A DNA stretch of 64,000 nt. Origin: a virus. The notes below the pieces were generated by a model. The model had not been told where the DNA came from. It searched no databases and saw only the letters and a program-made list of their open reading frames with translations. Within the stretch, counting starts at the first letter, position 1; the number at the start of each line of letters is the position of its first letter. The DNA is taken from positions 111,907-175,906 of the IMG/VR virus record IMGVR_UViG_3300037470_000672; one strand, written 5' to 3'. A program made the translations under genes and the position numbers. Below are positions 46,533 to 56,330 of the stretch, piece after piece.

Positions 46533-46865
46533 TCATGGGCCACCTACCCCTGTTTCTCCTGTTTCTGACCGTGCGTCCACGTACATGAGGAAAGGAGGCG
46601 TTGGCGGACCGTCCAACCCGAGACGCCAGTACATGCGCTGGACAACGGTCTTGAACGCCTGGGTATCCCGGCGGCACAGGGACAGCGCCTGAGCATTGCT
46701 CTTTTGCTCCAGATCGAGGAGCCGCTTGTACAGGTTGCTGTTCTCTTCTTGGAGGTTCAGCTTGATCTGAGACTTTTGAAGGAGCTGGTGTTGCCAGAGA
46801 TTGAGCCACGCTGAACTGGCGAACATACCCCCTAAGAAGATCGCACAAGATAGGCCCAGTCTCAT
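46533..46865 (-). CDS. Small membrane-anchored coiled-coil protein
   Basis: N-terminal hydrophobic helix then heptads. Confidence 0.5.
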   Translation of the reverse strand: MRLGLSCAIFLGGMFASSAWLNLWQHQLLQKSQIKLNLQEENSNLYKRLLDLEQKSNAQALSLCRRDTQAFKTVVQRMYWRLGLDGPPTPPFLMYVDARSETGETGVGGP

Positions 46866-47230
46866 GTTATCCGCCTGATCTCGATGCGCTCTCCGGTAGG
46901 GTTGTACGTCACCTGGACGTCTTCGCCCTTACTCACCCCTAATTCGTCCACGTTGACCACCAAAAAGTGCCCGTTTTTGTGCCGCTGCACGCGACGAGTC
47001 ACGACTCTCGTCCCGTCGGGACGAACAGACCTACCGCGAACAGACCTACCCACCCACTGTTCTAGGGGGCGGACATCTCGGCCCTGTGCCTTCATTTCTC
47101 GCATAGCACGCAAGATTGACTCGGCGCCCACAGCCATTTCTTGGACGGCCTGAAGACCGCCCATCATGAAGGCGACCTGCACGTCGCGGTAGTCAGCGGA
47201 AGCGCGCTTCCGCCTTGGGCTACCAGGCAC
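46862..47230 (-). CDS. AbrB/MazE-like protein, paralog of 43679..44131
   Basis: YRDVQVAFMMGGLQAV and LGVSKGEDVQVTY match YKDVQTAFAFGGIEAV and LGVKKGQVVSVTF. Confidence 0.6.
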   Translation of the reverse strand: MPGSPRRKRASADYRDVQVAFMMGGLQAVQEMAVGAESILRAMREMKAQGRDVRPLEQWVGRSVRGRSVRPDGTRVVTRRVQRHKNGHFLVVNVDELGVSKGEDVQVTYNPTGERIEIRRIT

Positions 47231-47243
47231 CGATGACCCCTCG

Positions 47244-49313
47244 CTAGAGGTTCTTGAGGTACGTCAAGAACGACGCGGAGACGAGTCCTATCAGATCCGA
47301 CCCAAAAGTCGAGGTTGTCACACGCTTCCAGTGCCGAGGGTTCCAAAACATGTAGCTCAGCTCGTGGTCTCTCATGTCTCCGCCGATCACGACGCCTGTC
47401 ACGTTGATGCCGCGCTGGCGCATACTGCGCACCTCGGAGCGGATGAAGGTCTGGAGGGTGGAGCTGTTGAACCAGCCTTTCCCAGATCCGTAGGTCGGCT
47501 GCCCATCGGTGATGACCACGAGCTGCTTGACGTCTTTGGACGTTTCCAGCTCGCGCCTGGCCACCCGGATAGCAGTGTGCAGCGGGGTAAGGCTGTTTTT
47601 GGCGCCGCCGAAGAAGTCGGTGTCCTTGTGGAAGCGATCGATGGTGACTTCCCCGTTATTGGTGGAAGCGAAACCCCATACAGACTGGTCAACGAACGGG
47701 AACCTGAGCGCCTTGGAGAGGACCCGACAGGCGCGGTTGGCCTGTTGCATCTTGGCCCCGTCCATGGACCCGGATTGGTCCAAGAGCAGCTTCACCCGGA
47801 AACCCCTCCCCGAGACCTCGTGTCGGAACACCGGGTTGGGGAGACCAGTGATTCGTCTCTCGATCAGAGCGTTGACGTCCACCTCTGTGCCTGCGTCTTC
47901 GAGAGAAAGCCGCTTCTTGCCGAGCACGCGGTTGAAGATGGCGCGGAGCCGACGGACGGTGTCCTGATCTTCGGGTTCTAGTGGCTCGGGAGCTTTGGTA
48001 GCGGGCAGATCTGTGAAGGTCACCTTCGCCATCGCCCCCTGGGTCAGAAAGTCATTCCGAGACATCGCTCGACCCATAGCCTTGCGAGCATCGAAGACGA
48101 CCTGGAACATGTCGTCGCGGTCCTGGGCGAGGAGGATACCGAAGGCGTCATCGTCGTTGATGTTGGCGCGGATAGCTTTCTGAGCCGCCTTTTGGGCGTC
48201 CCCCCTCGCGTCCCGGGTAGGGAACTTCGGCTCCTGAAAATCGTCGAGTTTCTTGTCGAGGTGCGAAGGGAGCTTCCCTGCTTTGCTCATGAGCTGGGCA
48301 AGTGCCTTGGAGCGATCTGCGGCGCTCGCCTGGGGTCGGTCCGCCCCCTCTTCGCTGCCTGTTCCTTGGTGGGCGCTTCCTGCTCCCTGGCCGGCGTCAT
48401 CGGTGGGTTTGTTGCCGCCAGCGGAAGGGTTTTGTTGGGGACCTTGCTGGTTTCGAGGGTCTTGTCCTTGCTGGTCCTTGTAGTTTTGGTCCTGCCCTTG
48501 ACCTCCTTGACCGCTCCCGTCGCCGCTCTGCTGGTTCTGTTGTCCCTGTGGGTCAGGGTCTCCAGCCATAGGCATCGGCAGGGGTGGAAGACCTTGGTTC
48601 TCTCGGATGATCTCGTCCACCAATCGCGAGACGAGCCGCTTGGTAACAGCGAGGGTGGACGCAAAGCCGCGCTTTTCGACCTGCTCAAGCGCATCTAAGA
48701 CCATGCCCTGGAACCGCGAGAATGGATGGCTGGTGGGGAACACGTGTCCGCCCAACAGGCAGACCATGAAGGTCACCAGGGACTCGTAAGCGCGGGCTAC
48801 GTGGGGTTCGGTGTCGTGGGTCAAGATCTGTTGCAGCCGCGCCCCGGAGCCCTCATAGATCAGCCCCCACAGTGAATTGACCCGGCGGTCTTCTAGGATG
48901 TTGATGATGGCGCCCAGCGTGTAGGACAGGCCGGTCAGATCCATGGGCACGCCATGCTTCTGGGCGACGTCAGACACCATCTTACCGTACGTTTCGACAA
49001 AGCACTTTTTCGCCAAGAAGTCGGAGCGGAAGAGGATGTGGGCGATCTCGTGTTCGAGGTGCAGGTAGTGGTCTGGGTGGTTGAAGTCGATCTGGATCAG
49101 ATGACCGTTGGTTGCCGCCTCTCCGTTCTGTGATGCCTTGAGCCACAGCTTCCTCTTACAGATGCCGGCAAACATCTCAGTCGTCTTGTAGGCGATCCCT
49201 TTGTGGTTTTCGTACTCCTTCGTCTTGAGCGAGGAAAGATCGGAGAGATCCGCGCCTTCCTCAGCAGAGATGTCATCTTGAAGGTCTTCGACCGTGTTCA
49301 TGGGAGTGCTCAC
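47244..49313 (-). CDS. VWA-domain protein with N-terminal HExxH motif (CobT/NorD-like partner)
   Basis: HEIAH, NILEDRRVN, Q/G-rich linker, MIDAS LLDQSGS and VITDGQP. Confidence 0.85.
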   Translation of the reverse strand: MSTPMNTVEDLQDDISAEEGADLSDLSSLKTKEYENHKGIAYKTTEMFAGICKRKLWLKASQNGEAATNGHLIQIDFNHPDHYLHLEHEIAHILFRSDFLAKKCFVETYGKMVSDVAQKHGVPMDLTGLSYTLGAIINILEDRRVNSLWGLIYEGSGARLQQILTHDTEPHVARAYESLVTFMVCLLGGHVFPTSHPFSRFQGMVLDALEQVEKRGFASTLAVTKRLVSRLVDEIIRENQGLPPLPMPMAGDPDPQGQQNQQSGDGSGQGGQGQDQNYKDQQGQDPRNQQGPQQNPSAGGNKPTDDAGQGAGSAHQGTGSEEGADRPQASAADRSKALAQLMSKAGKLPSHLDKKLDDFQEPKFPTRDARGDAQKAAQKAIRANINDDDAFGILLAQDRDDMFQVVFDARKAMGRAMSRNDFLTQGAMAKVTFTDLPATKAPEPLEPEDQDTVRRLRAIFNRVLGKKRLSLEDAGTEVDVNALIERRITGLPNPVFRHEVSGRGFRVKLLLDQSGSMDGAKMQQANRACRVLSKALRFPFVDQSVWGFASTNNGEVTIDRFHKDTDFFGGAKNSLTPLHTAIRVARRELETSKDVKQLVVITDGQPTYGSGKGWFNSSTLQTFIRSEVRSMRQRGINVTGVVIGGDMRDHELSYMFWNPRHWKRVTTSTFGSDLIGLVSASFLTYLKNL

Positions 49314-50149
49314 ACGCCGACGTTGCCGAAGACGGACTGGATCCGTTTCTTCATGGTGCCGCGGTCATCCCCCTCGAACTTCCCGAGCGCGATGGTCAGC
49401 GCCTGCCCCGTACCGAGAATGGGCACGTCCTCAGCGATCTGGATGAGGTCGCGGGTGGACAGCGGGTACTCCAACGCTTTCTGCCGCGTCTCGTGCGCCA
49501 GCTTGCAGAGGTTCTTGAGCAAAGCGTCGTTCGCCCCATCGATGTTCTGGGCCTTGAGGATCGCGAACTCGACCTTCGCCTCCGGGTAGTCGAGCGCCAG
49601 CATGCGGAAGCGGGACTTCAAATCCTCGTTCAGCGCGTACACCCCCGCATAGACGGTCGTGTTCATGCTGCCCGTGACCCACAACTTCGCTCCCTCGCGC
49701 AGCCGGAAGACCCGCTTCGCTTCAGGGACTTCGATCTTGACGCGGAAGTCGGTAACCGAGTTCAGGACTTTTTGCATTTGCGGAGTAAGAGCGTTGCACT
49801 CCTCGAAATTGAGGATGCACTGCCCAACCTCGTTCGCGATCTCAAAAGCAGTTGGAATCGGCCCCAAGATGAACGGCGTATGATCACCACGCAGCACGTT
49901 GTGACCGATGAGATGGCTGCGCCGCACGTCCTCCGAGCAGTCGAAGGTCACGATTGGGATCTGGTTCTTCGCCGCGTAGCTGTAGAACGAGAAGCTCTTG
50001 CCCGAACCCTTTGGTCCCCAAAGGAGCAGGTTCGCGCGGAAGGCCATCTTGTCGTACAGCGCGTGCAGCTCGTGTACATCGACGTAGCCGGTGTCGCGGT
50101 CGGGCGGGAGAAACTCCTGGGCCGACAGGCGCTCGATCTCAACCGACAT
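49310..50149 (-). CDS. MoxR-family AAA+ ATPase (CbbQ/NorQ/CobS-like)
   Basis: WGPKGSGKS, DCSEDVRRSHLIG, LNFEECN, GSMN..YAGVYALNEDLKSRF. Confidence 0.88.
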   Translation of the reverse strand: MSVEIERLSAQEFLPPDRDTGYVDVHELHALYDKMAFRANLLLWGPKGSGKSFSFYSYAAKNQIPIVTFDCSEDVRRSHLIGHNVLRGDHTPFILGPIPTAFEIANEVGQCILNFEECNALTPQMQKVLNSVTDFRVKIEVPEAKRVFRLREGAKLWVTGSMNTTVYAGVYALNEDLKSRFRMLALDYPEAKVEFAILKAQNIDGANDALLKNLCKLAHETRQKALEYPLSTRDLIQIAEDVPILGTGQALTIALGKFEGDDRGTMKKRIQSVFGNVGV

Positions 50150-50801
50150 CGCGCACCTCCTTCTCTTGGTGCGCGCGACGCCGCCGCTCCCGCTGTGCGT
50201 TGCGCTCCTCGACGAGCGTGCTGGTGGCTTGGGGGTGCGCCGTCAATTCCAGCTCTTTGAGCACCGCGGTCATGTGAGGGGACGGCAGCACCTTGAGCGC
50301 GTAGCTGGGCACCTTGAAGCACGCCTGCACATCCTCTTGGCGCAGCTTTCCGGTGTCGACGAGGGAATCGATCTTGCCGGCGTCAAGCTCAAGGGTCTTG
50401 ACCTCGTTGAATGCCTCGGTGAGCGCCAGACCCTTCTCGCGCAGAAGGGCCTTGACCTTGTCTTCCTCGGGACGCTTGAACGCGCGCTTCTCGCGGATGA
50501 TGACATTCCCTTCCATGAGGAGCTTTTGCCCACCCCCTTTGGTCGACTCTCCCTCCGTCTGCGCCGCCGCCAGCAACCGCTCCCGCAACTCCGCCATGCG
50601 CGGTTGTAGAAGCGCCTCGCCGAGGTGCTTGAGGATGAGGAAGACCGCCGCACATTCGTGCGTGTCGAGATCCCCCTCTGGAAAGTCGAACAGCACCCCT
50701 TCCTTGGTCGCCGTGTGGAAGAGGCTAGCCAGCCCAGCGTAGAAAAGATCGCGTTCTCTGTTTTTCACAGCTCTAACCCTCCTTCGGGTACGCCCACGCA
50801 C
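50139..50801 (-). CDS. Hypothetical protein
   Basis: Long ORF downstream of promoter at about 50831-50858. Confidence 0.55.
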   Translation of the reverse strand: MRGRTRRRVRAVKNRERDLFYAGLASLFHTATKEGVLFDFPEGDLDTHECAAVFLILKHLGEALLQPRMAELRERLLAAAQTEGESTKGGGQKLLMEGNVIIREKRAFKRPEEDKVKALLREKGLALTEAFNEVKTLELDAGKIDSLVDTGKLRQEDVQACFKVPSYALKVLPSPHMTAVLKELELTAHPQATSTLVEERNAQRERRRRAHQEKEVRDVG

Positions 50802-50875
50802 CTGTGCGCAAGACCTGATCCGATGGTCTTACCCTACACATAGGATTTGTTTTGTCAAGGGTTAGATCGGTGGAT

Positions 50876-51466
50876 CTACCAGCCACGCCGTGCGTACGGC
50901 GAGGTCGCTACAGATCCGGGGGCTCTGTGCACCCTGGCCGCGTAGTACAAACAGTTGGGCGCAGCTCCCGACGGGAAGGCACACGGACGCCCGCGTTGCT
51001 CCGGGGCGTTGCAGGTGCCAAACGAGCTGGCGCCCTGAAGACTACGCTCCGCCAGACAATGGGCGCAGGAGTGAGGTGGGCGCTTGGGCGCTTCCTTGGG
51101 GCTCTTCTTGGCTAGCTCCTGGGCAGCCACCACCTCGGGCGGGAGCTGTGTCTCTAGCTTGGGTGGAGCGGTTTCCGCTACCAAACCCATCGGCTCAGGG
51201 ACGTGCGGTTCCAGCGCCGGCATTTCGCCGTCGTCTTCGAGGCGATCTCTGACCTCCAGGAGTTTTTCGAGTCGGACAGCCACTTCGGAGCGGGTTTCCT
51301 CGCCGTCGCGGAGAGATTTCACGTTGCCGGGAAGGGACAACTTCAGCGCCTTGCGCACGTACTCGCCCAGGTTCTCTCCCTTCTTCTTGGCGTACCAGAC
51401 GACGTCGTCGTAGTCAGCGGGTGACATCATCACCTTCAACTCGACCAGGGTAGGCTTGTTCGACAT
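50876..51466 (-). CDS. Hypothetical protein, N-terminal ribbon-helix-helix-like, C-terminal Cys-rich
   Basis: ATG 51466 after GGAGGAGA RBS. Confidence 0.55.
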   Translation of the reverse strand: MSNKPTLVELKVMMSPADYDDVVWYAKKKGENLGEYVRKALKLSLPGNVKSLRDGEETRSEVAVRLEKLLEVRDRLEDDGEMPALEPHVPEPMGLVAETAPPKLETQLPPEVVAAQELAKKSPKEAPKRPPHSCAHCLAERSLQGASSFGTCNAPEQRGRPCAFPSGAAPNCLYYAARVHRAPGSVATSPYARRGW

Positions 51467-51487
51467 GAGTCTCCTCCAGAGGTCTCT

Positions 51488-51523
51488 GCCTCGGAATTTC
51501 AAGGATCCGAGTATCCCTGCAAC
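51488..51523 (-). repeat. Solitary CRISPR-like repeat (family A)
   Basis: 29/36 identical; 21 nt upstream of ATG 51466. Confidence 0.85.
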
Positions 51524-51570
51524 GTTTCTGAACATCGCCTACTACTACCAGGATGAGGAAAAAACGGCTA

Positions 51571-52200
51571 TCAGAAGTCCCCGTATGCCGGAAGTTGTAG
51601 CTGTTGGGCGGCAGACCCCATGGTTCCTTCGTCCTCTTGTCCACGAAAACTTGGCAACGGGCGACCTTTCTTCTCGGCGACATTTCGTTGGATCTGTTCG
51701 AGGACAGATACCGCTGCGCTGGACGATGAGGGCTCTTCCTGGGGGACTTGGGATGTGGCCTTGGCGACTTCCTCGTCCCTACGCTGCTCATAGCGCGTTC
51801 CGTAGCGAGACGGCTGGAAGCCCTCGATGGCTTTGACCTGCCCCTTCAGCTCAGCGAAAGCGAGAAGGTGCTCTTGTAACTGTTCGCGATCTTTCCGGTA
51901 GGAGGCTGCGTCTTTGACGAGGCCCTCGATGACGGGCGCCAGGTTCTCTTCGTAAAGACGCTGCACCCGAGCGTCGACCTCGTCCGTTTGCGCAGTCGCT
52001 TCCGCTGCGGCCTGCTTGGTCTGAGCGCACGTCGTGCCGTTGGACGTAGCCAGCGTAAGCAGCGCGGTTGCGACGAGGGCGCCCCAAAAGCGTCCCCGCC
52101 CCACCGAGTCGTCAACTTTCTCCGTCGTCTTGTTTGTCTCTGTCACGCGCGTCTCCTTGGGGTAGGTGCTTTGCTCGCATGTACTCCTTGACCGTCTCAC
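51571..52200 (-). CDS. Hypothetical membrane/lipoprotein-like protein
   Basis: Hydrophobic FWGALVATALLTLAT segment; true start uncertain. Confidence 0.45.
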   Translation of the reverse strand: MRRSRSTCEQSTYPKETRVTETNKTTEKVDDSVGRGRFWGALVATALLTLATSNGTTCAQTKQAAAEATAQTDEVDARVQRLYEENLAPVIEGLVKDAASYRKDREQLQEHLLAFAELKGQVKAIEGFQPSRYGTRYEQRRDEEVAKATSQVPQEEPSSSSAAVSVLEQIQRNVAEKKGRPLPSFRGQEDEGTMGSAAQQLQLPAYGDF

Positions 52201-52389
52201 AGAACTCGTAGGACGGACAAACAGAGCACACCATAACCCGTTGGAGCTGCTTACACTTCTCTACGCGAAGCTGAAGATACCGGAGATTGAAGCGAGGGGT
52301 CCCTTCTTCGAGCCCCTCCGCTACGCACCGGCCCTTCATGCCTTCGAGCACCCGGTTAGTCATCCCCCTCCCTGTGGCCCTGAACTGGT

Positions 52390-52405
52390 CCGCCTGTACG
52401 GGCGG
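52390..52405. repeat. Palindrome family B core, one mismatch
   Basis: CCGCCTGTACGGGCGG just after stop at 52408. Confidence 0.8.
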
Positions 52406-52407
52406 AT

Positions 52408-53049
52408 TCAACCCGTTCGATCTTGGGGCTGAAGACCCTGGAGGATAGCGACGATGGAGTCTGAGTGCGCGATCTTGAGGGCGCGCATGTCTTGTCGGAT
52501 TTGGACAAGCTCGCCCCCGTCGGTCGGCGTAGCGAAGCTGTCAAGAAGCGCGGTCAACTGTTCGACCAGATCGACGCCTTCTTTGAAGTGGATGTCACGA
52601 TCGTTGCAACACTGATCAACGATCTTTTCGATCTGGAAGAGTACCTCCCCAAGAACACCTTCTCGTTCGGCTTGATCGGACACCAACATGCGCAGCTCAA
52701 ATACCCCGTCTTCACAGTTGGGGCAGGAGGTGCGCTTCCCCTTCATCGTGGCTTTGGTAGGGTCGAATACCTCGTACCAACCACACCTCAGATGTTTGGT
52801 TTCCTCGATGTGTTTGCAATAGCTATGCGGCTCTTTCCTACGTCGAAGGTCGAAGTCTTTGCAGGAGCAGGCCCAGTCAAACTCGGCTTCTCTCGCCAGG
52901 AAGTCATCGACCTTGCCGTAGGAGACGGTGTAGAAACCCAACCCATCGGAAGAAGGGACTTTCTTCTCGAACCAGCGCCAGGAGTCGCAGGCAAAGCCTG
53001 TACGCAGCGTGAGTGCAGGATCCTGGGAGGGTGCCGTCAGCTCAGCCAC
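52408..53049 (-). CDS. SWIM zinc-finger protein
   Basis: YTVS..WACSCKDF..CKHI. Confidence 0.75.
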   Translation of the reverse strand: MAELTAPSQDPALTLRTGFACDSWRWFEKKVPSSDGLGFYTVSYGKVDDFLAREAEFDWACSCKDFDLRRRKEPHSYCKHIEETKHLRCGWYEVFDPTKATMKGKRTSCPNCEDGVFELRMLVSDQAEREGVLGEVLFQIEKIVDQCCNDRDIHFKEGVDLVEQLTALLDSFATPTDGGELVQIRQDMRALKIAHSDSIVAILQGLQPQDRTG

Positions 53050-54502
53050 TTGCGGATGTCCTCCTCGGACCGCAGTTCAACGTTCTCGGGCTTGACAGAC
53101 GAGTTTTTCAATTCGGTGTACGGCTCTCTGGCCAAGCCGATTTTGCCGTTGTTACGGGCGCCGTAGACCGTCTCCACGCCCTGCTCTTGGAACTTCCGAA
53201 AGATTTTGACAGCGGACTGGATCTGTTGCTCGGGGGTCATGATGATCTCCTACAAGTTAAGCAGTACGTGCGCCATAGTCAAGGCGGTTCCCCGAAGATA
53301 ACAAGGTGCCCAACATGACGAAAGTTTTCGAGCGCACGATCTGCGCGCTTCTTTGCCGCGGTTGAGGGGGCGTCGAGGTAAGCCCAAAACTCCCGGAGAA
53401 GCGCGCGCATGGCTTCTTCCAGCTCTGGGCTTGGGTGTTGTATGTCGGGCAGGTTACCAGTTGTCGGGCGCGGCACCGGATCGCCTCTGCTCATCGCGCA
53501 CGACACGCCGGTAGAGGTGCTCACCCTCTTCGCCGAGGATTTCCGGACCGGGGATTTCCTGTAGCTCCTCGATTTGCTTCTGCATCTTCTTCTGCACCTT
53601 CTGAGTCGCCTGCTGCCTCTCCTTCTCCGTGGGAGGGCGATGCTCCCAGGTGGACTTGGTCTGCTCCTCGATCGGCACCTTTCGCAGCTCTTCGCTGTTT
53701 TCGGCGGTCGTCTCTCGCGCCAGGGTTTTGATCTGGTCTGGCGTCAGCACGTTGGACTGGATCTGAAGAAGCGCTTCATGGCTGGCTCTCAGCCTGTCTC
53801 GAAGACGTTCAGCGCTCATCTCACGCGCCTGCCCCAGGGAGAATTTGCCTTGTAGGTGTGCTGCATGGTTGCTCTCCGCCTGAAGCGCGTTGCGGTTCCA
53901 GTCGAGAGCGTTCTTCAAATGGTCTACGAGGAGCTTCACACGAGGGAAGATCGTACCTCCTGTGAGCCCGTCTTGCTCCTGGATCTCCAAGTTGGTGAGG
54001 TAGGTATCCATCTCGTAGGTCTCTCGCTTCAATCGCTCCAATGCGTACCCTTCACCGCGCCCAATCAGATGAAGGATGAGGGTGTCGATGTCATACTCTA
54101 CTTTGGACTTGTCCGTCATGTGAGATCCTTTTTGAGAAGAAAGAGCGACTGTTGTTTCGGTTTCTTCGGCGCTTTGCGGCCGGTGGACTGCTCGTAGGCT
54201 TCGTCTGTCTGGAAGGTCAGGGGACTGTCCCAGGGGAAAAATACCTGCCAATCCTCCTGATCTTTGCGAAAGAGTCCTACACCCAGGTCTGGAGTCTCCC
54301 CGTGGAGGGAGTCGTCTCGGGCGACGCGCACGTCTACGACGCAAACGCGCGCAGCTTGGAGCATTTGTAGGAGGATTTTGCGTGCCGAGACTTGAGACTC
54401 AGCGCGGCTGGCCATCAGGACAATCTCTGGATGGATCAGCGCAGACGGCACGGCAACGCGCTGTGTGACTTTCAGCGTGAACGTGACCTCGGCCATTCTC
54501 AT
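53037..54502 (-). other. Cluster of hypothetical ORFs (53037-53240, 53279-53524, 53454-54119, 54116-54502)
   Basis: Coupled ORFs with RBSs; no recognisable motifs. Confidence 0.5.
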
Positions 54503-54548
54503 TGGCTACAAGCCTCCATGAGTCGGTTGTCTGCGAGCTGCCAGTACA

Positions 54549-54584
54549 GTCTCGGAATTTCACAGATCCGAGCACCCTTTCACA
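54549..54584 (-). repeat. Solitary CRISPR-like repeat (family A)
   Basis: 30/36 identical; intergenic, 5 nt after stop at 54590. Confidence 0.85.
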
Positions 54585-54589
54585 GTATT

Positions 54590-54970
54590 TTATTGCACCT
54601 CCGGTGGTTCGGGGACCAAGTCCCACAGCTCCGCCAAAAGCTCCGCCCCCTGTTCAAACTTTGTGAACCGCCACAGGACCATCCGCCCAAGATTCGGGGT
54701 CTCGGTCTTCAGCATAGGGGTCGGCGTGTGCTCGTCCAGAGGCCACGGGTGCTCGCTGGTGCCGAACCACACGACCTGGAAGGCCACATCGACCTGCTCC
54801 AGGTTCAGGGGCAGCGGCCCATAGATGTACTGGACCGTCTCTCCGGGTTCCACCTCTTCGCGAAGCAGCACCTGCATCCCTTGGACGGTCTTCTCCACCT
54901 CTGTCTTGGCACGTTTGAACCCCTCAGGGTCCAGGGCCGAGAGGATCTTGGGATCGCGCTTCTGAGACAC
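54590..54970 (-). CDS. Hypothetical protein
   Basis: 126 aa ORF after promoter TTGACA (55000-55005)-17-TAGGAA. Confidence 0.55.
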   Translation of the reverse strand: MSQKRDPKILSALDPEGFKRAKTEVEKTVQGMQVLLREEVEPGETVQYIYGPLPLNLEQVDVAFQVVWFGTSEHPWPLDEHTPTPMLKTETPNLGRMVLWRFTKFEQGAELLAELWDLVPEPPEVQ

Positions 54971-55018
54971 TCCCCATTCCTAGTAGAAGATATGGGCGTT
55001 GTCAAGGTGTAGGGATCT

Positions 55019-55720
55019 TCAATACTTGCGGGAGTTGCGCAGCAGACGCATGACCTCTTGCAGGTCTTTCCACGCCTTCGCCTTCAGCTCTTCGTTTCGC
55101 AGCAACGCCGCAGGGTGGTAGGTGACGCGGACAGGGATGTCGTGCCACTGCCACCACCGTCCTCGGAGTTGGCCGACCGGGGCGCTGGTACCGATCAAAG
55201 CACGAGCCGCTGTTGCACCTACGGCCAAGATCACCTTGGGCCGGACGTTGTGGAGTTGGCCTTCCAAGAAGGGTCGGCAGGCTTCGATTTCTTTGGGCTC
55301 CGGCGCGCGGTTGTTTCTCTCTTCGTCTACAGGTCTACAGCAGGTCACATTGCAGAGATAGAACTGGGCGCGCTCGTATCCCATGGCTTCGATCATCTTG
55401 TTGAGGAGCATGCCGGATCGCCCCACGAAGGGTTCTCCCTGCTGGTCCTCTTGCTCTCCCGGGGCTTCCCCTACGATCGCCACAGGTGCTCTCTCGGAAG
55501 GGTGGGAGAACTTCTCATCCGCCATGACCATCAGGTCGGTGCGCTGCGCCTCTGTGAGGGGCTCTGGGTCGATGCTGGTCATGCCGCCGGTGTTGCCGAT
55601 GCCGAACACGACCTTGGTCCGGTGCACGTGCAGCGGGCACTTGTGGCAGGAAAGCGCACGCCGCCGGAGGGTCTCCAGCGGCTCGACGCTTTTTTGAAGC
55701 AGAGGGATTTGGCTAGGCAT
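55019..55720 (-). CDS. Uracil-DNA glycosylase, family 4
   Basis: CHKCPL, VFG, VGEAPG..ED..G.PFVGRSG, CRP..NR.P, CRPFL, TYHPAALL. Confidence 0.92.
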   Translation of the reverse strand: MPSQIPLLQKSVEPLETLRRRALSCHKCPLHVHRTKVVFGIGNTGGMTSIDPEPLTEAQRTDLMVMADEKFSHPSERAPVAIVGEAPGEQEDQQGEPFVGRSGMLLNKMIEAMGYERAQFYLCNVTCCRPVDEERNNRAPEPKEIEACRPFLEGQLHNVRPKVILAVGATAARALIGTSAPVGQLRGRWWQWHDIPVRVTYHPAALLRNEELKAKAWKDLQEVMRLLRNSRKY

Positions 55721-56330
55721 GAGCCTCCGAGGTTTCCAGGAAGAAGATCCCTTTCGGCCCGCGCGCCGCCTCACCCGCGAAGCGCTCCTTCAGAACCGCC
55801 AGCAGGGCGGACTTGGCCTGGTACGTCGCCTTGACCGCCCACGCCTTGAACTCCCCGCCCTCGATGACCGGGGTGCGGTCGCGCCAGTCCACCGCAGCCT
55901 TGAACGCGGCGTTGAAGCAGGGGTCGTAGGGAACCTTGACGACCAGAGCTGGGACCACCTGGGCGTACTGACCCTTGCCGAAGGTGACCTCACGCTGCTC
56001 CAGCTCGATCTTGGGACGAATCGCCGTCTCGGCCACGCGGTCGGCCAAGGCGTCGAAGCTGGAACCGAGGGCGCGGATGGCGCTGACGATCCCGGCGACC
56101 TTTGCCGCTGCCTCACGGTCTGTACGGGCCGCCTGGAAGATGAGACTGGCCTGGTAGACCAGCTTGTTGGCTGCCGAGCGGTCCTCTTCCGAGAACCCCT
56201 CGGGGAGGTACCTGCGCCGGCAGACGGGGCCGATGCCCGTCTCGACGCTGATGGCGTCGACGAGAGGACGACCACAAACACAACAGTGGGTGGCGAGCAT
56301 CTGGGTGGCGGGGGCTTCTTCGTAGCTCAT
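55713..56330 (-). CDS. Zinc-ribbon (CxxCGRPL..S..GIGPVC) protein
   Basis: ATG 56330 after GAGGAGG RBS and promoter TTGACA(56394-56399)-17-TAGGAT. Confidence 0.7.
   Translation of the reverse strand: MSYEEAPATQMLATHCCVCGRPLVDAISVETGIGPVCRRRYLPEGFSEEDRSAANKLVYQASLIFQAARTDREAAAKVAGIVSAIRALGSSFDALADRVAETAIRPKIELEQREVTFGKGQYAQVVPALVVKVPYDPCFNAAFKAAVDWRDRTPVIEGGEFKAWAVKATYQAKSALLAVLKERFAGEAARGPKGIFFLETSEAHA

Noticed and set aside
50876-51535. ORF-track start at 51535, which would put a family A repeat in frame
   Set aside because: A strong GGAGGAGA RBS precedes ATG 51466, so the repeat is more likely in the 5' UTR.
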